DNA of 64,000 nt, taken from positions 4,397,812 through 4,461,811 of the forward strand of contig NC_092675.1 of the NCBI RefSeq assembly GCF_964355755.1, in the 5' to 3' direction. Position numbers and translations under genes: made by a program. The notes under the pieces are model-generated. The model was not told the DNA's origin. It was given only the letters and a program-made list of their open reading frames with translations, and ran no database searches. Shown one piece after another: positions 1 through 19,886 of the stretch. This stretch comes from Antedon mediterranea. Lineage: Eukaryota; Animalia; Echinodermata. The number at the start of each line of letters is the position of its first letter. Position 1 is the first letter of the stretch.

Positions 1-179
1 TATAGGCCTGGGCCTAGAAGTGACATACATTGATATCGATAATATTTTATATAGCATAGGCTAGGTTAAGTAATTTTAATTATTGCAATGCAAGCAGCAA
101 AAGACACAAATTGAATACTCAGTATATTCCTTCTTCTTTATTAACACTTCGTCTTATATTAGTTAGGCCTAAATAATAT

Positions 180-541
180 CGTTATGGCTAAAGATACGGT
201 ACCGTATCCATACTTTTAAAAACTAAAGGTACGGTGAGAGGGCGCTATGTAATGTGGATGTTAATCAAATAGGTTATTGCATTGGTTTTCTGCAAGCCAG
301 CTGTGTAGCCTAGTGGGCATGTGATGAGGCTTTGGCTTAAGGGGTTGCAGGTTCGATACTCTTCTTGACGTCTTTTTTTAAATTTTTTTTGTTTGTTTTT
401 AATTTAAGAGAGATTATATTTAGGTACGAGTTTTAGGAATGCAATTTTACAGTACTTTTAGCAAACGGAAGCGCCCTCTATAATTACCGTATCTTTAGTT
501 TTTAAAAGCATGGATACGGTACCGTATCTTTAGCAACGGCG
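180..541. mobile_element. MITE with about 55-65 bp TIRs and 9-bp TSD (MULE-like), internal tRNA-type A/B boxes
   Basis: GCTAAAGATACGGTACCGTATCCAT..TTTAAAAACTAAAG is inverted at the two ends. AAATAATAT is duplicated at 171-179 and 542-550. Confidence 0.8.
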
Positions 542-652
542 AAATAATATTCATTTATATAAATTATTAATTAATGTCTTTTCTGCATTCAGTGAATGAT
601 TTTATTATGCTTTTAATTTTATATTTTGGTTTAATGTTTGACTTTGAAATAG

Positions 653-8079
<7,427 letters not shown>

Positions 8080-8122
8080 TTTGCAAGATTAGCGAGTAAA
8101 CCGAACCGGCCTAATTTTATTT

Positions 8123-8302
8123 TACATGAAATTATTGAAAATATAATTGATTCCTTATAAAGAACCAGCTTAGACTAATGTCAACCATTTTTGCATACCA
8201 ATCTGGTACATGAAATTATTGAAAATATTATTGATTCCTTATAAAGAACCAGCTTAGACTAATGTCAACCATTTTTGCATACCAATCTGGTACATGAAAT
8301 TA
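8123..8302 (+). repeat. 84-bp tandem duplication in the KRI1 3' UTR
   Basis: TACATGAAATT recurs at 8123, 8207 and 8291; the two units are nearly identical. Confidence 0.9.
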
Positions 8303-8363
8303 AACTCTGAAAATGATAGTTTCTGTATAGTATTATTAAACATAAGGTTTAATATTTTATATT

Positions 8364-8369
8364 AATAAA
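8364..8369 (+). terminator. Candidate KRI1 polyadenylation signal
   Basis: AATAAA about 285 nt after the stop codon and before the ZFAND4 5' region. Confidence 0.45.
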
Positions 8370-9118
8370 ATGATTAAATGTATTATTTTAAATGTGTCTA
8401 CATCCTTTCAGTTGCACAGAGTAATTTTAAAATTAAATTCAATATTTAATCTAAAGGTGTATACAGTATTTATTATTTATTTTTACAACAAAATGGTCAA
8501 GAATCTTAATGAATCAGAAACGATCTCCTATTGTAGGCTAATATTTATTTAATAGTAAATGCTTGACTTAACGATACGTTGTGTATCTACGGTACTAAGA
8601 ATGCAGTTAAGTACCTGCGTGTGAATCTATTTTGGTCACTTGATCTTGGTTGCTCTGGGAGATGCTCTCAATCCGGGTTCTAAACATGGCTACCAAATAC
8701 CTGTGTGCGAATCGTCGGGGCAGTGAAGAATAACATTACAAGAGAAACGCCTGTTCTAAGTTCATTTTTATTGTAAAGAAAGCTCAAAAGAACTTGAACA
8801 TTTGTGAACAACTAAATTAATATCTTATCTACCATTGAACAAGCTTTATCATGGTCTTAAAACAATTTGGTACGATTTTAACGCGATGGAAGGAACGCTA
8901 GTTAGGCCAGTCAGCTAGTCAGTCACTAGTCGACCGTGCCCGCAGAGAGTAAGCCGGCTGCTCGCTGGATTGCTAATTTGCTTGGATAACCTGCGGTTTG
9001 TTTTGGTTAACGATGGTAGGGAGTGACATACAATGTGTCTCCTCCCATCTTATGATCAGTGCCTGATAGGCTTTATATTTTAAGTAGGCCTACACCGAAC
9101 TTATATTAATTAAACAGT

Positions 9119-12100
9119 ATGGATTATATAGACTATTCCGAGTATGCTGACTTGATGGAGTTATTTGTTGAAACTTTGACTGGAACTGTGTTTGAGTTGA
9201 GAGTTTCACCCTTCGAGACTGTTATTTCAGTGAAAGCCAAAATACAACGTCTTGAAGGTTTGTTTATAATATTAAAATGTGTATTTTGTTGTTATAGAGA
9301 CTTGATTGATTGCAATGCCATGTAACTACTGGCAATACAATCATTTTAAGTAGAGCCTAGGCTCTAGTAGTATAGATAAGAAAGGCTGGGTCTACATTTA
9401 TTAATTAATAAGTTTTATATCATACGTTTTTTAAGTGTCATAAAATTGTAAATACCTATGAAACATACCTTTTTTAGTAGGTTTTTTTCATGGCTTCTCA
9501 AAGTACAGTAATACAGTATTTATTATCATTATATACTAGGCCTATGTTTTAGTTTACCCTATACCGTCTATTCACATTAAATTTTCAAACATGAATTAAC
9601 TGAATTTGATTATTATTGATATTGATAATTTACATTGACTTTTTGATGATTTTTATTTTCTACTGATATAATAATATATTTGTTTATGAACTGGTTATTG
9701 TGCAGTTGTTATTCATTGACGATTTTTTTCTTTTTTCAATAAAATTGAGGTAGAAGTTATGAATTTTTTGTCATGCTTTTGAACAAGGCGCTTACAGTAG
9801 AATGTTTGAACTTTAAGACAAAAAATTGTTTTAGTGTTTGCATAAGAACTGCTGAACAGATTTGCTTTATTTCTTATTTTATTTACTACATGTGTAGGTA
9901 TACCTCTTAATCAGCAACACCTTATATGGAAATCAGTGGAACTTGAAGATGATTACTGTCTGCATGATTATGGGTAAGCTTATTTTCAATCAGATGTGTG
10001 TGAATTTTTGTGACATATTAACTTCCAATGTTAATCTATCAAATCTGATTTTCTTATTTTTTGTTGTAAAATAAGGGGCACATAATAATACTAAATACTT
10101 TATATACAAAAGTTTAATCTCATGTATTAAGTACAGTACAGTAGGCCTACTGTTATAATATATAGAAATTCTCCTGAATTTGAACATTTTGTATGGTACA
10201 ATACATTTTTATCTTTTGATTCTTTGAATGGATTTTATTTTATGGTACTTTTCTATTCTTTGTCAATGAATATAGTTCGTATTATAGCATGCAATAATGT
10301 GTATTTGTATACAAGAAGTACTTGGACTATGCCCTGTTAAAACAACCTCCCGGAGCTTTGCCATAGCAGTGCACCCCACAAAGAGACCTCCTTACACTGG
10401 TCAAATGTCACACAGATATGCCTGTTTACATGCCCAGGTGCAGCCTACTAATAGTGCAGAAGATTAGTTTTTAAACTGTACAACAAACAACCAATTGTTT
10501 TTGTAGTAGCTAGCATTGATTTAGTCCGGTCATTAATCTTAATTACTGAAAAGTACTTACTTAATTAGTTATCATATCTAGATACAGTAGCCTTGTTCCA
10601 TATACAGTACTGTAGTTATACTACAGTATTATGGTAAAGATTACTTTTATTCCAAGTGCAGCCATTAAATGCAACTAATAAACCCATGTAGATACTGTAC
10701 TATGGATAAAATAAGTTTAATATTTACTTATACATTACTGGTTACTTTGTTGGTTTAGAAGTATTTTTACAGTGTAATAAAATCATAACACAATTATAGT
10801 CGATCAAGGAATGCTGTGCCCGGAATAGAAACATTTTCTGAAAAGATCAGTTTGTTAGCCTTGACGTCGACAAACTTAGCATTTAACAACACAATTAACG
10901 TCTTGTTCCTCACTAACACACTTTAACCCCTTGCTGGTATTCGTATGTTGATAAACATACTTTCACTCTGTAGGTGGTATAACATGCAAAATTGATATTG
11001 AATATAACTATAGTACTAACTGTACTGCATATTTTTGCCATCCTATAGGACGAACAAAAATCATTAGAAAATCAGGGAATAACCTACTACCAGCCACGAT
11101 TTAATTAATATTATTATTAATATTTGTTTGATAATTTATCAACTATTCTGATTGTATTGTTTCAATCAATGTTTTGTTATTACAAGATAATTTTAGATAA
11201 ATCTTTCAAACTATTCCTTATAGGTGCATACTGTGGTGACTATTAGTAATTCGTAACAATTAGTGATTGTTGTAATGTATTTTACAGAATAAGTGGAGGA
11301 TGTACTTTAAAACTGGTTCTAGCAATGAGAGGTGGTCCTATCAATACAAGGAGAAGTAAGTTATTTTAGTGAAGGAGTTTGATACTGAAATCAAGTGACT
11401 TGTACACGAATGTATCATTTTATATAAACATTTCTCACAAATTTAGTGCTTACCTTATCCATTCCCAGGGTGGACACTCAGGCCTTGTCTTTTAAGGCGA
11501 GCGAGTGCGGTCACTCACATAACACACTCCTAAACCGCCCTTGAAGAGTGTGATTTACAACACGCTTAAATTTGGTAAACTTCTACACACCAAAATACAA
11601 ACAGCACACCTACAGCACCCCTGAATATATTGAGGAGTGCAATTTGTAGCACACCTATAATTTTCAAAAGACAAGGCCTGTGGACTCAAACAATTACAGT
11701 AGTATTGTAGTTATAAAAAATTATGCTGTTTTGTTTATCAACTAAATTGACCCATAAACCAACAAAAAACCACTAATGTTACAAAATACTTTTTAAGTAC
11801 CAATGGAAGATCCGGCTGTACGGGAAATGGCCGAGTACATGGAAGCCAACAAGGAAGAAATATGGGAACGAGTTCCTGGTAATAGACAAGTTACACTTTT
11901 AGTCTTCCGTGAAGGTGATCAACTCAATTTTTTCCGAGTCGTTGATCGTGGAGATGGCACATTGACTCCATTATCCGAGTCTTTAAGGTAATTTTCCTTT
12001 ACTTGATTCAATATAATTTAATTTTAAAAGTTGGCCATAGAAGGTAGTTCCATTTCTGTTTAATTATTAACTCTAATGAGATTGAGATGATTTTTATTTT

Positions 12101-15100
12101 ATTGATTTTTTTTATACTGAGGGACATCTTCAGTCAAAGAGGGCCCAGAGGGCCCAGTATCCAGACAAAGAAATATAAATAAAGTTAAAAAAATACAGGC
12201 AAAACACAAGAAAAAAAAACCCACAACACCTAACTATTAGCAGCATTCGTTACTCTTTTCAAATAGTTATTTATAGTCAAATCGATAATTTGCAAAGACA
12301 TAGATGAGGACCTTGCCTCAGGCTTAAGAACATAACTAATTCGTCCCCAGATTTCTCAGTAAAATACTGTATACTCTCTATACCAATGTAGGATACACCT
12401 CTTCACATGATATTTCAAATATTGACACATGATGTGTTGTTTTTATTTTAAAAGCGGAGCATCAATGTACAACATGGTTGATGACGAGGAGCAGGAGCCA
12501 GTGATTTCACAAGAAGCACTGAAAGAGAATGATGTGACAATGAATAAAATGAAGCTGTTAAGAGCTAAGATGGAAAACATGAGTATTTCTAGAAAAGTAA
12601 GTCATTAGATAAGATTTTTTTTTTTAATCATCATAATTACAGGATTCTAAAAAAAAAGATTGGTGTTAGAACCATTTAACTGTCATGATCCATTATTGCC
12701 TTTTTCGACTAGATCTAGCCCCTCCTCTATCCACGCAATCCGGAAAAAAAATCTTATTTTAAAAAGTGTATGACCTTGTAAACAAATTGTTCTATTATTC
12801 TATATTCATCCATTTATATATTTCACTTATATCAAAGCATTCAACCATCCATTGCGGTGAAGCTGTAAAGCATAGATCTGTTATTGATCTGTGGCAGGAT
12901 CCTTAATCAGTAGTAGATTATAAAAAGGCTGTTTGGGTTGGTGCAATACAGTAGATTCAATTTAAGCTTGGTTGGAAGCCTAAAGCTCTGTCTTCACTAT
13001 CAAACTAGTTTCACAAAAAAAAGTGTGACATGCCCAAATATGGTAGTGATATACCAAAATATGGTAGTGATATGCATCATGTCCATATATGGCACATCAC
13101 ATTTTTTTGTCACATAAAATTTGATAGTAGCGCTTTAAAATAGCATATATGATAGCAATACTATACATCAATTTACAGTTCTAGTAGTAATCATTTACTT
13201 TTTTATCCATATTTCAGAAACCTAAGGCACAACCAAGACCACCATCAGGAGGTCGGCCCAAAAGCAGTTTTCGTTGTCGCCATTCAGCCAGTAAAAAGAA
13301 GAAACCACATCCTGGTGTAAAACCTGCACCTATGTTTCCTCCATTAACTTTATCACAACCCATAAACGAACAGGTTGTGACTAGCAGCCGTACTCATGGT
13401 AGTTCGGACTCTATTGATGGCGCTAGTCATTCTCGAGCAGAGAAACAAACTAAATTAAATAGTCCTGGAACCTCTGCGAAAACATTAGACAATTTAAAAG
13501 ACGTTTGTCTGAAAAGGTCTTACACGAATCTTGGAACCCTGCCATCAAGTTCAAAACACGTTTTAGAGGACATTCGTCCAAACACTTCAATGACGTCAAA
13601 CGTAATAACTGCATCAAATGTAGATCATAAAAGCATGAGTGCAAAACGTGATTTTAGTACGTTAAAATCTTCTGATGCACGGATGGTAACAAATCTAGTG
13701 AACCAAGCGAGCAAGGAGGGTAAGATAAATAATATATTGTGCACAAAAGCAAGAGACACTCATACAAGTAAAGGTAGTGGTCATGGACGAGTGACTTCAG
13801 GTACTATTGCATTATCACGAACCATGAATAGTGCAGGAATCGGAAATACACGGAGGACGGAAAGAATTGCCACACCAGAAGCACGCAAATCATTAATTGT
13901 AAGTATCGTCATTTTAAAATCATAACTTGTTGTTAAGCTTGGTTCCACTAGAGACACAACACAGGATGTAACGCAACGTAAGTGAGTTGACCAATCACAA
14001 GCGATGGATTATTCGAACTGTCGCTTGTCATTGGTCAACACACTTGCGTTGCGTTTACGTCCTTGCGTTGCGTCCTAGTGGAAACCAAGCTTTAGTGATA
14101 TAATTGTTATGTTTACAGAAATTCTGGATGAAATGATGAGATATTTCAATAAAAATGTTCTTAGTTAAAGGAATTATTTGGTTATTTTTTTTCACTTTCT
14201 TTTTCTTCAGTCTGCCCACAGTATACGGCATCGATTAAACAGTCGTGATGGTCGAATAGGTACTGGTAAGTTTTTCAAAACACAATTAAAAAACAATAAT
14301 TTTAAAAATTTTAATTTATATCATTAAAAAGTTTGAAGGAATTATCAAAGTGTCATTTAAATTAATTGTAGGTAACAGAAGTTTATGGAAATTTAAAAAA
14401 AAAATAATGTCACGAACCGTCAGAAATCATAAATGCAAAAATAAAAAAGATTTCCACACATAATTTTAAACTTACTGTAATTAAGACAGATCTTATGAAA
14501 CAGTATGCAAGAGATAAAATGTTCTATTTTGATTATGCTTAGTTTCTCCAATTCATCGATTACCACCGGTATCTAAGCCAGCCCTGACATCCAACAAGAA
14601 AAAGTCAAGTAAAAGGTGCTTTCTATGTAACAAAAAAACAGGTCTTGCTTCTAGTTATAAATGCAGGTAAGAACAAGCTTATTGTCTACATATCTATCTG
14701 TATCTATCATTGTATTTTATCTGTAATTGTTTCTATGATGCTGAAATAATCAATCTGTCTCCAGTGACTAAAGTGGGCCTCCATTTTTAAGTAGCTAACT
14801 TTGCCTTCATTAATAATAATAATAATATCCTGGATTTATATAGCGCCTAATGTTGTGAAACCTCTAAGCGCTTAACATTATTACCCCAGTTAAGTTAGTA
14901 CCTCAAGTTGCTTATAATTTGCTTGCTTGTTATTTATTTTGATTTGAAAGCATTTCTCATCCAGTAATTGGCAATTGAATTTGCAGACATAAGAACATAG
15001 GCTCTACCCACTTTTGCCTTTTCTTTAATCTCCTTTTTTCTTATTTTATCAATTCTAGATGTGGCCGAAACTTCTGTGCCACGCATCGATATGCTGAGGT

Positions 15101-15194
15101 TCATAGTTGTGGTTACGATTACAAAAGTGAAGGACGTAAACTATTAGAACAAAGCAATCCTATGGTTAGCGCCCCCAAGTTACCCAAGATATAA
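9119..15194 (+). CDS. ZFAND4: AN1-type zinc finger protein 4 (ubiquitin-like domain plus C-terminal AN1 finger), 9 exons, about 536 aa
   Basis: Exons 9119-9257, 9898-9973, 11288-11355, 11798-11987, 12455-12596, 13218-13898, 14211-14265, 14543-14666, 15059-15194 (TAA), total 1611 nt. UBL domain MELFVETLTGTVFELRVSPFETVISVKAKIQRLEGIP..QQHLIW..LKLVLAMRGGPINTRR. ZFAND4-specific motifs EGDQLNFFRVVDRGDGTLTPLSES and TMNKMKLLRAKM. AN1 finger CFLCNKKTGLASSYKCRCGRNFCATHRYAEVHSCGYDYK..PKLPKI. Confidence 0.95.
11479..11680. mobile_element. hAT-like MITE
   Basis: TIR CAGGCCTTGTCTTTT / AAAAGACAAGGCCTG; flanks TGGACACT and TGGACTCA suggest a degenerate TSD. Confidence 0.75.
12984..13134. mobile_element. MITE family A, reverse orientation
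   Basis: Family TIR and core; right end partly deleted. Confidence 0.85.
13936..14091. mobile_element. MITE family B (Harbinger-like)
   Basis: AGCTTGGTTCC-ACTAG...CTAGTGGAAACCAAGCT with TTA flanks and inner CGCAACG and CCAATCACAAGCGA arms. Confidence 0.85.
14811..14890 (-). mobile_element. SINE/LINE 3' tail fragment
   Basis: (TAA)n followed by ATCCTGGATTTATATAGCGC..CTCTAAGCGC; related fragments at 17631-17685, 28365-28430 and (opposite strand) 38059-38120. Confidence 0.55.
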
Positions 15195-16358
15195 TAACCA
15201 AGCGAGGGCAGTATAAAATGTTTGAAGCTGCTCAGACTTATTCATCATTCTGCAAGATTATAGAATTTAATTATTTATATTTTTTATGAATTACTGGTTT
15301 AGCATTCAACTAATGCAAATTGATATTTAAAAACCTGCTTGTTAATATTGCTGCAAATGCTAATGTTGTCTAATTGTGTAAAATTAAATCTTATACAAAT
15401 ACTGATTTTTTATCATTATGTACTTTTTACAAACTTTTTTCTTTCAATTTTAAATACTCTTCAAAGATCACATATATCAAATAATTTATATGAATAATTT
15501 AATTTTTACCTATTTAATTGATTATTTAATTCACTTTCTGATAACCATTGTTTTAATTTCTAGAAAATATATTATTATCTTTAGAAGATAAATTAACAAC
15601 AGTACTGTACAGTACAATATAGCAACATTTTATTCTTCTTTTTTTTTTTATTTTTTTTTTTTTGTCACATTAAGTTTGATGATTTCCCGGTTTACATTCT
15701 GGTTTTGTGAACAAATTCCATAAAGATACTTGTAAAAGAGATTTTCTTAAAAATACACATTCATTAATTTGTGTAATAGAATAATTAGGAGAAACAATTG
15801 TCATGAGTAGTATATTAGTACTGTCTGCCCTTAAAATTATGCATGCATTCTTACAAATATATCATGAAATGATATTTTTTAATTGATAATTCCATTTTAA
15901 TCAAAAACTTTATTGTATTTCTTATATAATAATTAGTTTTTTAAAATTAATTTTTATTGAGGTTACTATTTACAATTGAATTGTATTTTAACATTTTAAA
16001 TGTACTTTCAAATTCAGGTATATATTGGGGTCTTAAAAAACAAATCTCCACCACTGGAGTAAATGGAAAGTCCCTATGCACTCTGTTCATATTAAGAATA
16101 TGAATGCTATTCTTTAACACTATAATTGTTTGTCATGTTTTTCTCTGGCCACTGGACTGAATTCATGCTTGGTGTGGACGTAGCCTTAATAACTATAATA
16201 ATCATGGAGAAATTGGGTTATATAATCATGTGTGTGTAATATTACATCGTCATTTACTTTCTAATTATGTATCCAATAGGATAACAGGTGGTGCTTATTT
16301 GTTAAATCTTCCAATGTTTACATTGATTAAACGTTCCGCCATTGTACTAAAACGTAAA

Positions 16359-16503
16359 TCTCTACACTATCAAACTTTATGTGACAAAAAAGTGTGATGT
16401 ACCCAAATATGGTAGTGATATGGTTAAATATGATAGTGATATAAAATCATCATGTCTATATGGACACATTACATTTTTTTGTCACATTAAGTTTGATAGT
16501 GTA
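16359..16503. mobile_element. MITE family A, reverse orientation
   Basis: Family core and partial TIRs. Confidence 0.8.
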
Positions 16504-17860
16504 AGATGTTTTACATTTTGGGTTTGTGAACAAATTCCATAAAGATACTTGTAAAAGAGATTTTCTTTATAATGCACATTCATTGATTTGTGTAATGAAA
16601 TAATTAGGAGAAACAATTGTCATGAGTAGTTCAATTCAATTCAATTCAAATTAACATTTATTTCTTCCTTCAAGAAAATGAGGTAAACATAATTAATTCC
16701 AGTAAAATTTATAACAAGGCAATTGATAACAAAGTATATATATATACTCACAAATGTCCTCATCTTTATCGTTTGAAAATTAATTAATTGGATATTCAGT
16801 AATAAATCACTGGGCAGTTTAGAGTTTCTTCTATGCCAGAATTTTTAAAATATACTAATCCAAGGGCAAATTACTGAAAAAATGACAATGCTGTGGGTAT
16901 CAGTGGCTGGATCTCAATAGAGATACAAAAAAAAAGAAGAAAAAAGCTAAATCAAAACGATAAAGTAAAACAGCCAGAAAAATTAGCAGAGCTAATATTA
17001 TATATACTAGTCCAATGGACGGGCACCATCTTATAGTGATTTTAAGGTTCGGGAATTTAGAAGACAGTACAGTATAAATAGTAAAATGCAGTATACACAA
17101 ATCTATAAATGGATGTATAGTATTTGGTATTATTATTCTTCTTTCAGTGTCTATTTTGTGTTAATTCTAAAAGCAATCAATTTTAAATACAAATGTGCAG
17201 AGTCATCGCAAATAATATTAGTGGTCACTGTAAAATGAATGTTTGAAAAACATGCAGTCACAAAAAAAACAGATCGTTGATTAATTTTTAATATACATCA
17301 TCCGTATCGTTGTTCGTTGTGTAAATATATTAAAATAATAGACGATTATTATTGTATTATTTATATTATTGTGTCAGTTATTTTTCGTCCTCATTTGGTA
17401 TATAGAACATAATCCTGTATTTCATAGTTGTCTGGTAAATTGTCATGTTTTGTAAAAGCTTCCAAAGTATGTTAATATCATTCCCGACTGGAGAACAGTG
17501 ACAGTTGAATCTGTATGAATGTCTTGATATGTGGTCTAATGGACGGGCACCATGATAAATTAAGTGCATACATTTCTAGAAATGGATATGTGTGTATGGC
17601 GCGTCATGAGTGCGCAGAATATTATCAATATTATAATATCCTGGATTTATAAAGCGTTTTATGTTGTGAAACCTCTCCAAGCAGTGATCATACAATAGAA
17701 ACTGAGGGGGAAAAACTAAACCCAAACCGAAGTATGGTCTAAATTGAACCCTTGTGAGCACCAGTTGTGGCTCAGTCATCCCGGACTCGAGCGCCTTCTA
17801 CGGTTGTTTTTAGTCATAGAATAAAGTATTAAAATAAAGCTGTAACGGTAGTTTGCGTAA

Positions 17861-18097
17861 AGCGTGGTTCCCACTAGCGACTCAACGCAAGAACGTAACG
17901 GCAACGCAAGTGAATTGTCAATTGACCAATCACAAGCGATGGCTTATTCGCTTGTGATTGCTAACTGTCTATAACTTCGCTTGTCATTGGTTAAAACGCT
18001 TGCGTTGCATTTACGTCCTTGCGTTACGTTCTAAAGCGTGGTTCCCACTAGCGACGCAACGCAAGGACGTAACGCAACGCAAGTGAATTGACCAATC
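17861..18097. mobile_element. Two head-to-tail MITE family B copies, second truncated
   Basis: AGCGTGGTTCCCACTAG at 17861 and about 18035; the first copy is nearly identical to 30985-31164. Confidence 0.85.
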
Positions 18098-19003
18098 GAG
18101 GGTGCAGGTAAACCCTTCCTGGCTCCCCAAATAATACCAATGGTCGTAGCTGTAGGTTCGACGCCCATGCCTTTGATTTATTAGGCACACAAATGTAACG
18201 GCCACTGCCTATATTTTAAGAAATGTGTTGTAAAAGAAGGGTTGTTTATTTTCATGACTTTATATTAATAGGTGGTATCCTATTCATTGACATTTTATGT
18301 CTAACAACATTTTAATAAAACTATAACTTGTAAAAATTGTTCACATTTTACCATTTTAAGACTTTTTCACCTCTTTCTTGTAACGTCATGAATATTCATC
18401 AGACAAAATTTGCGTATGCGTATTTAATCGTTAAAATACACTAATCACAAAAGTGTTGTTTTTTTTCTACTGTTATGATAGCCCTCCAATTATAGACCAT
18501 ATACTGTGTCGTTATAGGTCCTATATTTACAATTTAGAAAGAAAGAAAGATTAATTTAGGACCCATGTATTATATAGAGCCTACAACCGTATCAATTCAA
18601 TGAAAAATCTGTTGCGCAACACATGCAGCATGCAGTATAGTCAAAAATTTATTTACGAGATAAACTCGAGCGCACTTTTGCTGGTACAACTATTAAATGT
18701 GATGCAATGGTTAATAATGTTTGATCACTGTACGTCTTGCTAAACATGACTCATTCATACTATGTTGAGTCCTTATTGATTTATATTGATCAAACATAGA
18801 TATTTAATTTACTGGACACCTGTATTTGTTGGCGTAACTAAACATATCTCTTGTTTCTCATTTACACAAAATGATAATTTTAGAATTAAAAACAAAATAT
18901 TATTAGTGATTTCATTAAGGCTCAATATCTATTTTACTTAGTTAATCTATTAGTTTAAAATGTGCAATTTGTATGCTTTATTATTTAGAGGTACATTACC
19001 GTA

Positions 19004-19660
19004 CAATATCCAATATTTATTAATGGTATATCAGTTGAGTTTGTAGAAGAATTTAAATTCTTGGGTATTTATATTTCAAATGATCTGAAGTGGCATATTA
19101 ACACACGTAACATTATTAGAAAGGCCCAAAGAAGAATCTACTTCCTACGTAGACTTAAATCATTTTTGGTATAAACTCTGAAATAATGTCGTCCTTCTAT
19201 AGGTCAGTTATAGAGAGTGTAATAACGTATTCTTTAATGGTATGGTTCGGTAGCGCTACCGAAAATGAAAAGCGTGACCTAAATAGAATAGTAAAGACCG
19301 CATCGCGTATAATTGGATCTACACAACTGCCTTTGGAGAACATATTTTCGGATCGTCTTCTGAAAAAGGCAGTGGCTATCAAAGATGATTTCATCCGGCC
19401 TCTAGTATGTTCCAGTTGATGCGCAGCGGTCGGCGATTTCGTTCTATTAAGGCCAATAAGGCACGATTTACAAATAGTTTCTTTCCAGGATCTATTAGAG
19501 CCTTGAACATCATGTAGACACTTTTTTTTTGTAATGTTTTTGTTTTTGAGTTCGTGTTGTGTCCGTTGGATATTGTGCTCCGCCAACAGAGCAAACAGAA
19601 TTTCTATGTTTTTCATAAAACAAATGATAATAAATGATACTTGACTTGACTTGACTTGAC
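19004..19660 (+). mobile_element. 5'-truncated Rex1/Babar-clade non-LTR retrotransposon relic
   Basis: Frameshifted C-terminal ORF VEEFKFLGIYISNDLKW..KAQRRIYFLRRLK / FYRSVIESVITYSLMVWFGS..LNRIVKTASRIIG / HP..FQLMRSGRRFRS..FTNSFFPGSIRALN*, then AATAAA and an (ACTTG)4 tail. Possible ACCGTA TSD at 18998-19003 and 19659-19664. Confidence 0.85.
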
Positions 19661-19886
19661 CGTATTGACGTTCACAATTGTGTTGTGAACTTTGACTTTA
19701 GTAAAGATGACGTAAGTTACTTTTATAAAATATCATCAATAATACAAAGTCAAACTCGACGCGTACATACGACAAAAGGTACCGTATAGTATGCTGTCAG
19801 CGGCGTTTAAATAACCCGTCTCTTTTTTTTACATGCTCCTCTTATGACTATTCTGACTATATTTTTTAAGTAAAGTAAGTAAAAAA

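Noticed and set aside
297-362. tRNA gene
   Set aside because: A/B-box-like motifs but no convincing cloverleaf, and it lies inside a MITE.
16900-17569. Minus-strand ORFs sharing AATGGACGGGCACCAT (WCPSI, superficially RNase H-like)
   Set aside because: Only a 16-bp match at about 17014 and 17537; no further RNase H residues or consistent splice structure.
19197-19616. Minus-strand 139-aa and 67-aa ORFs
   Set aside because: Antisense shadows of the LINE relic.
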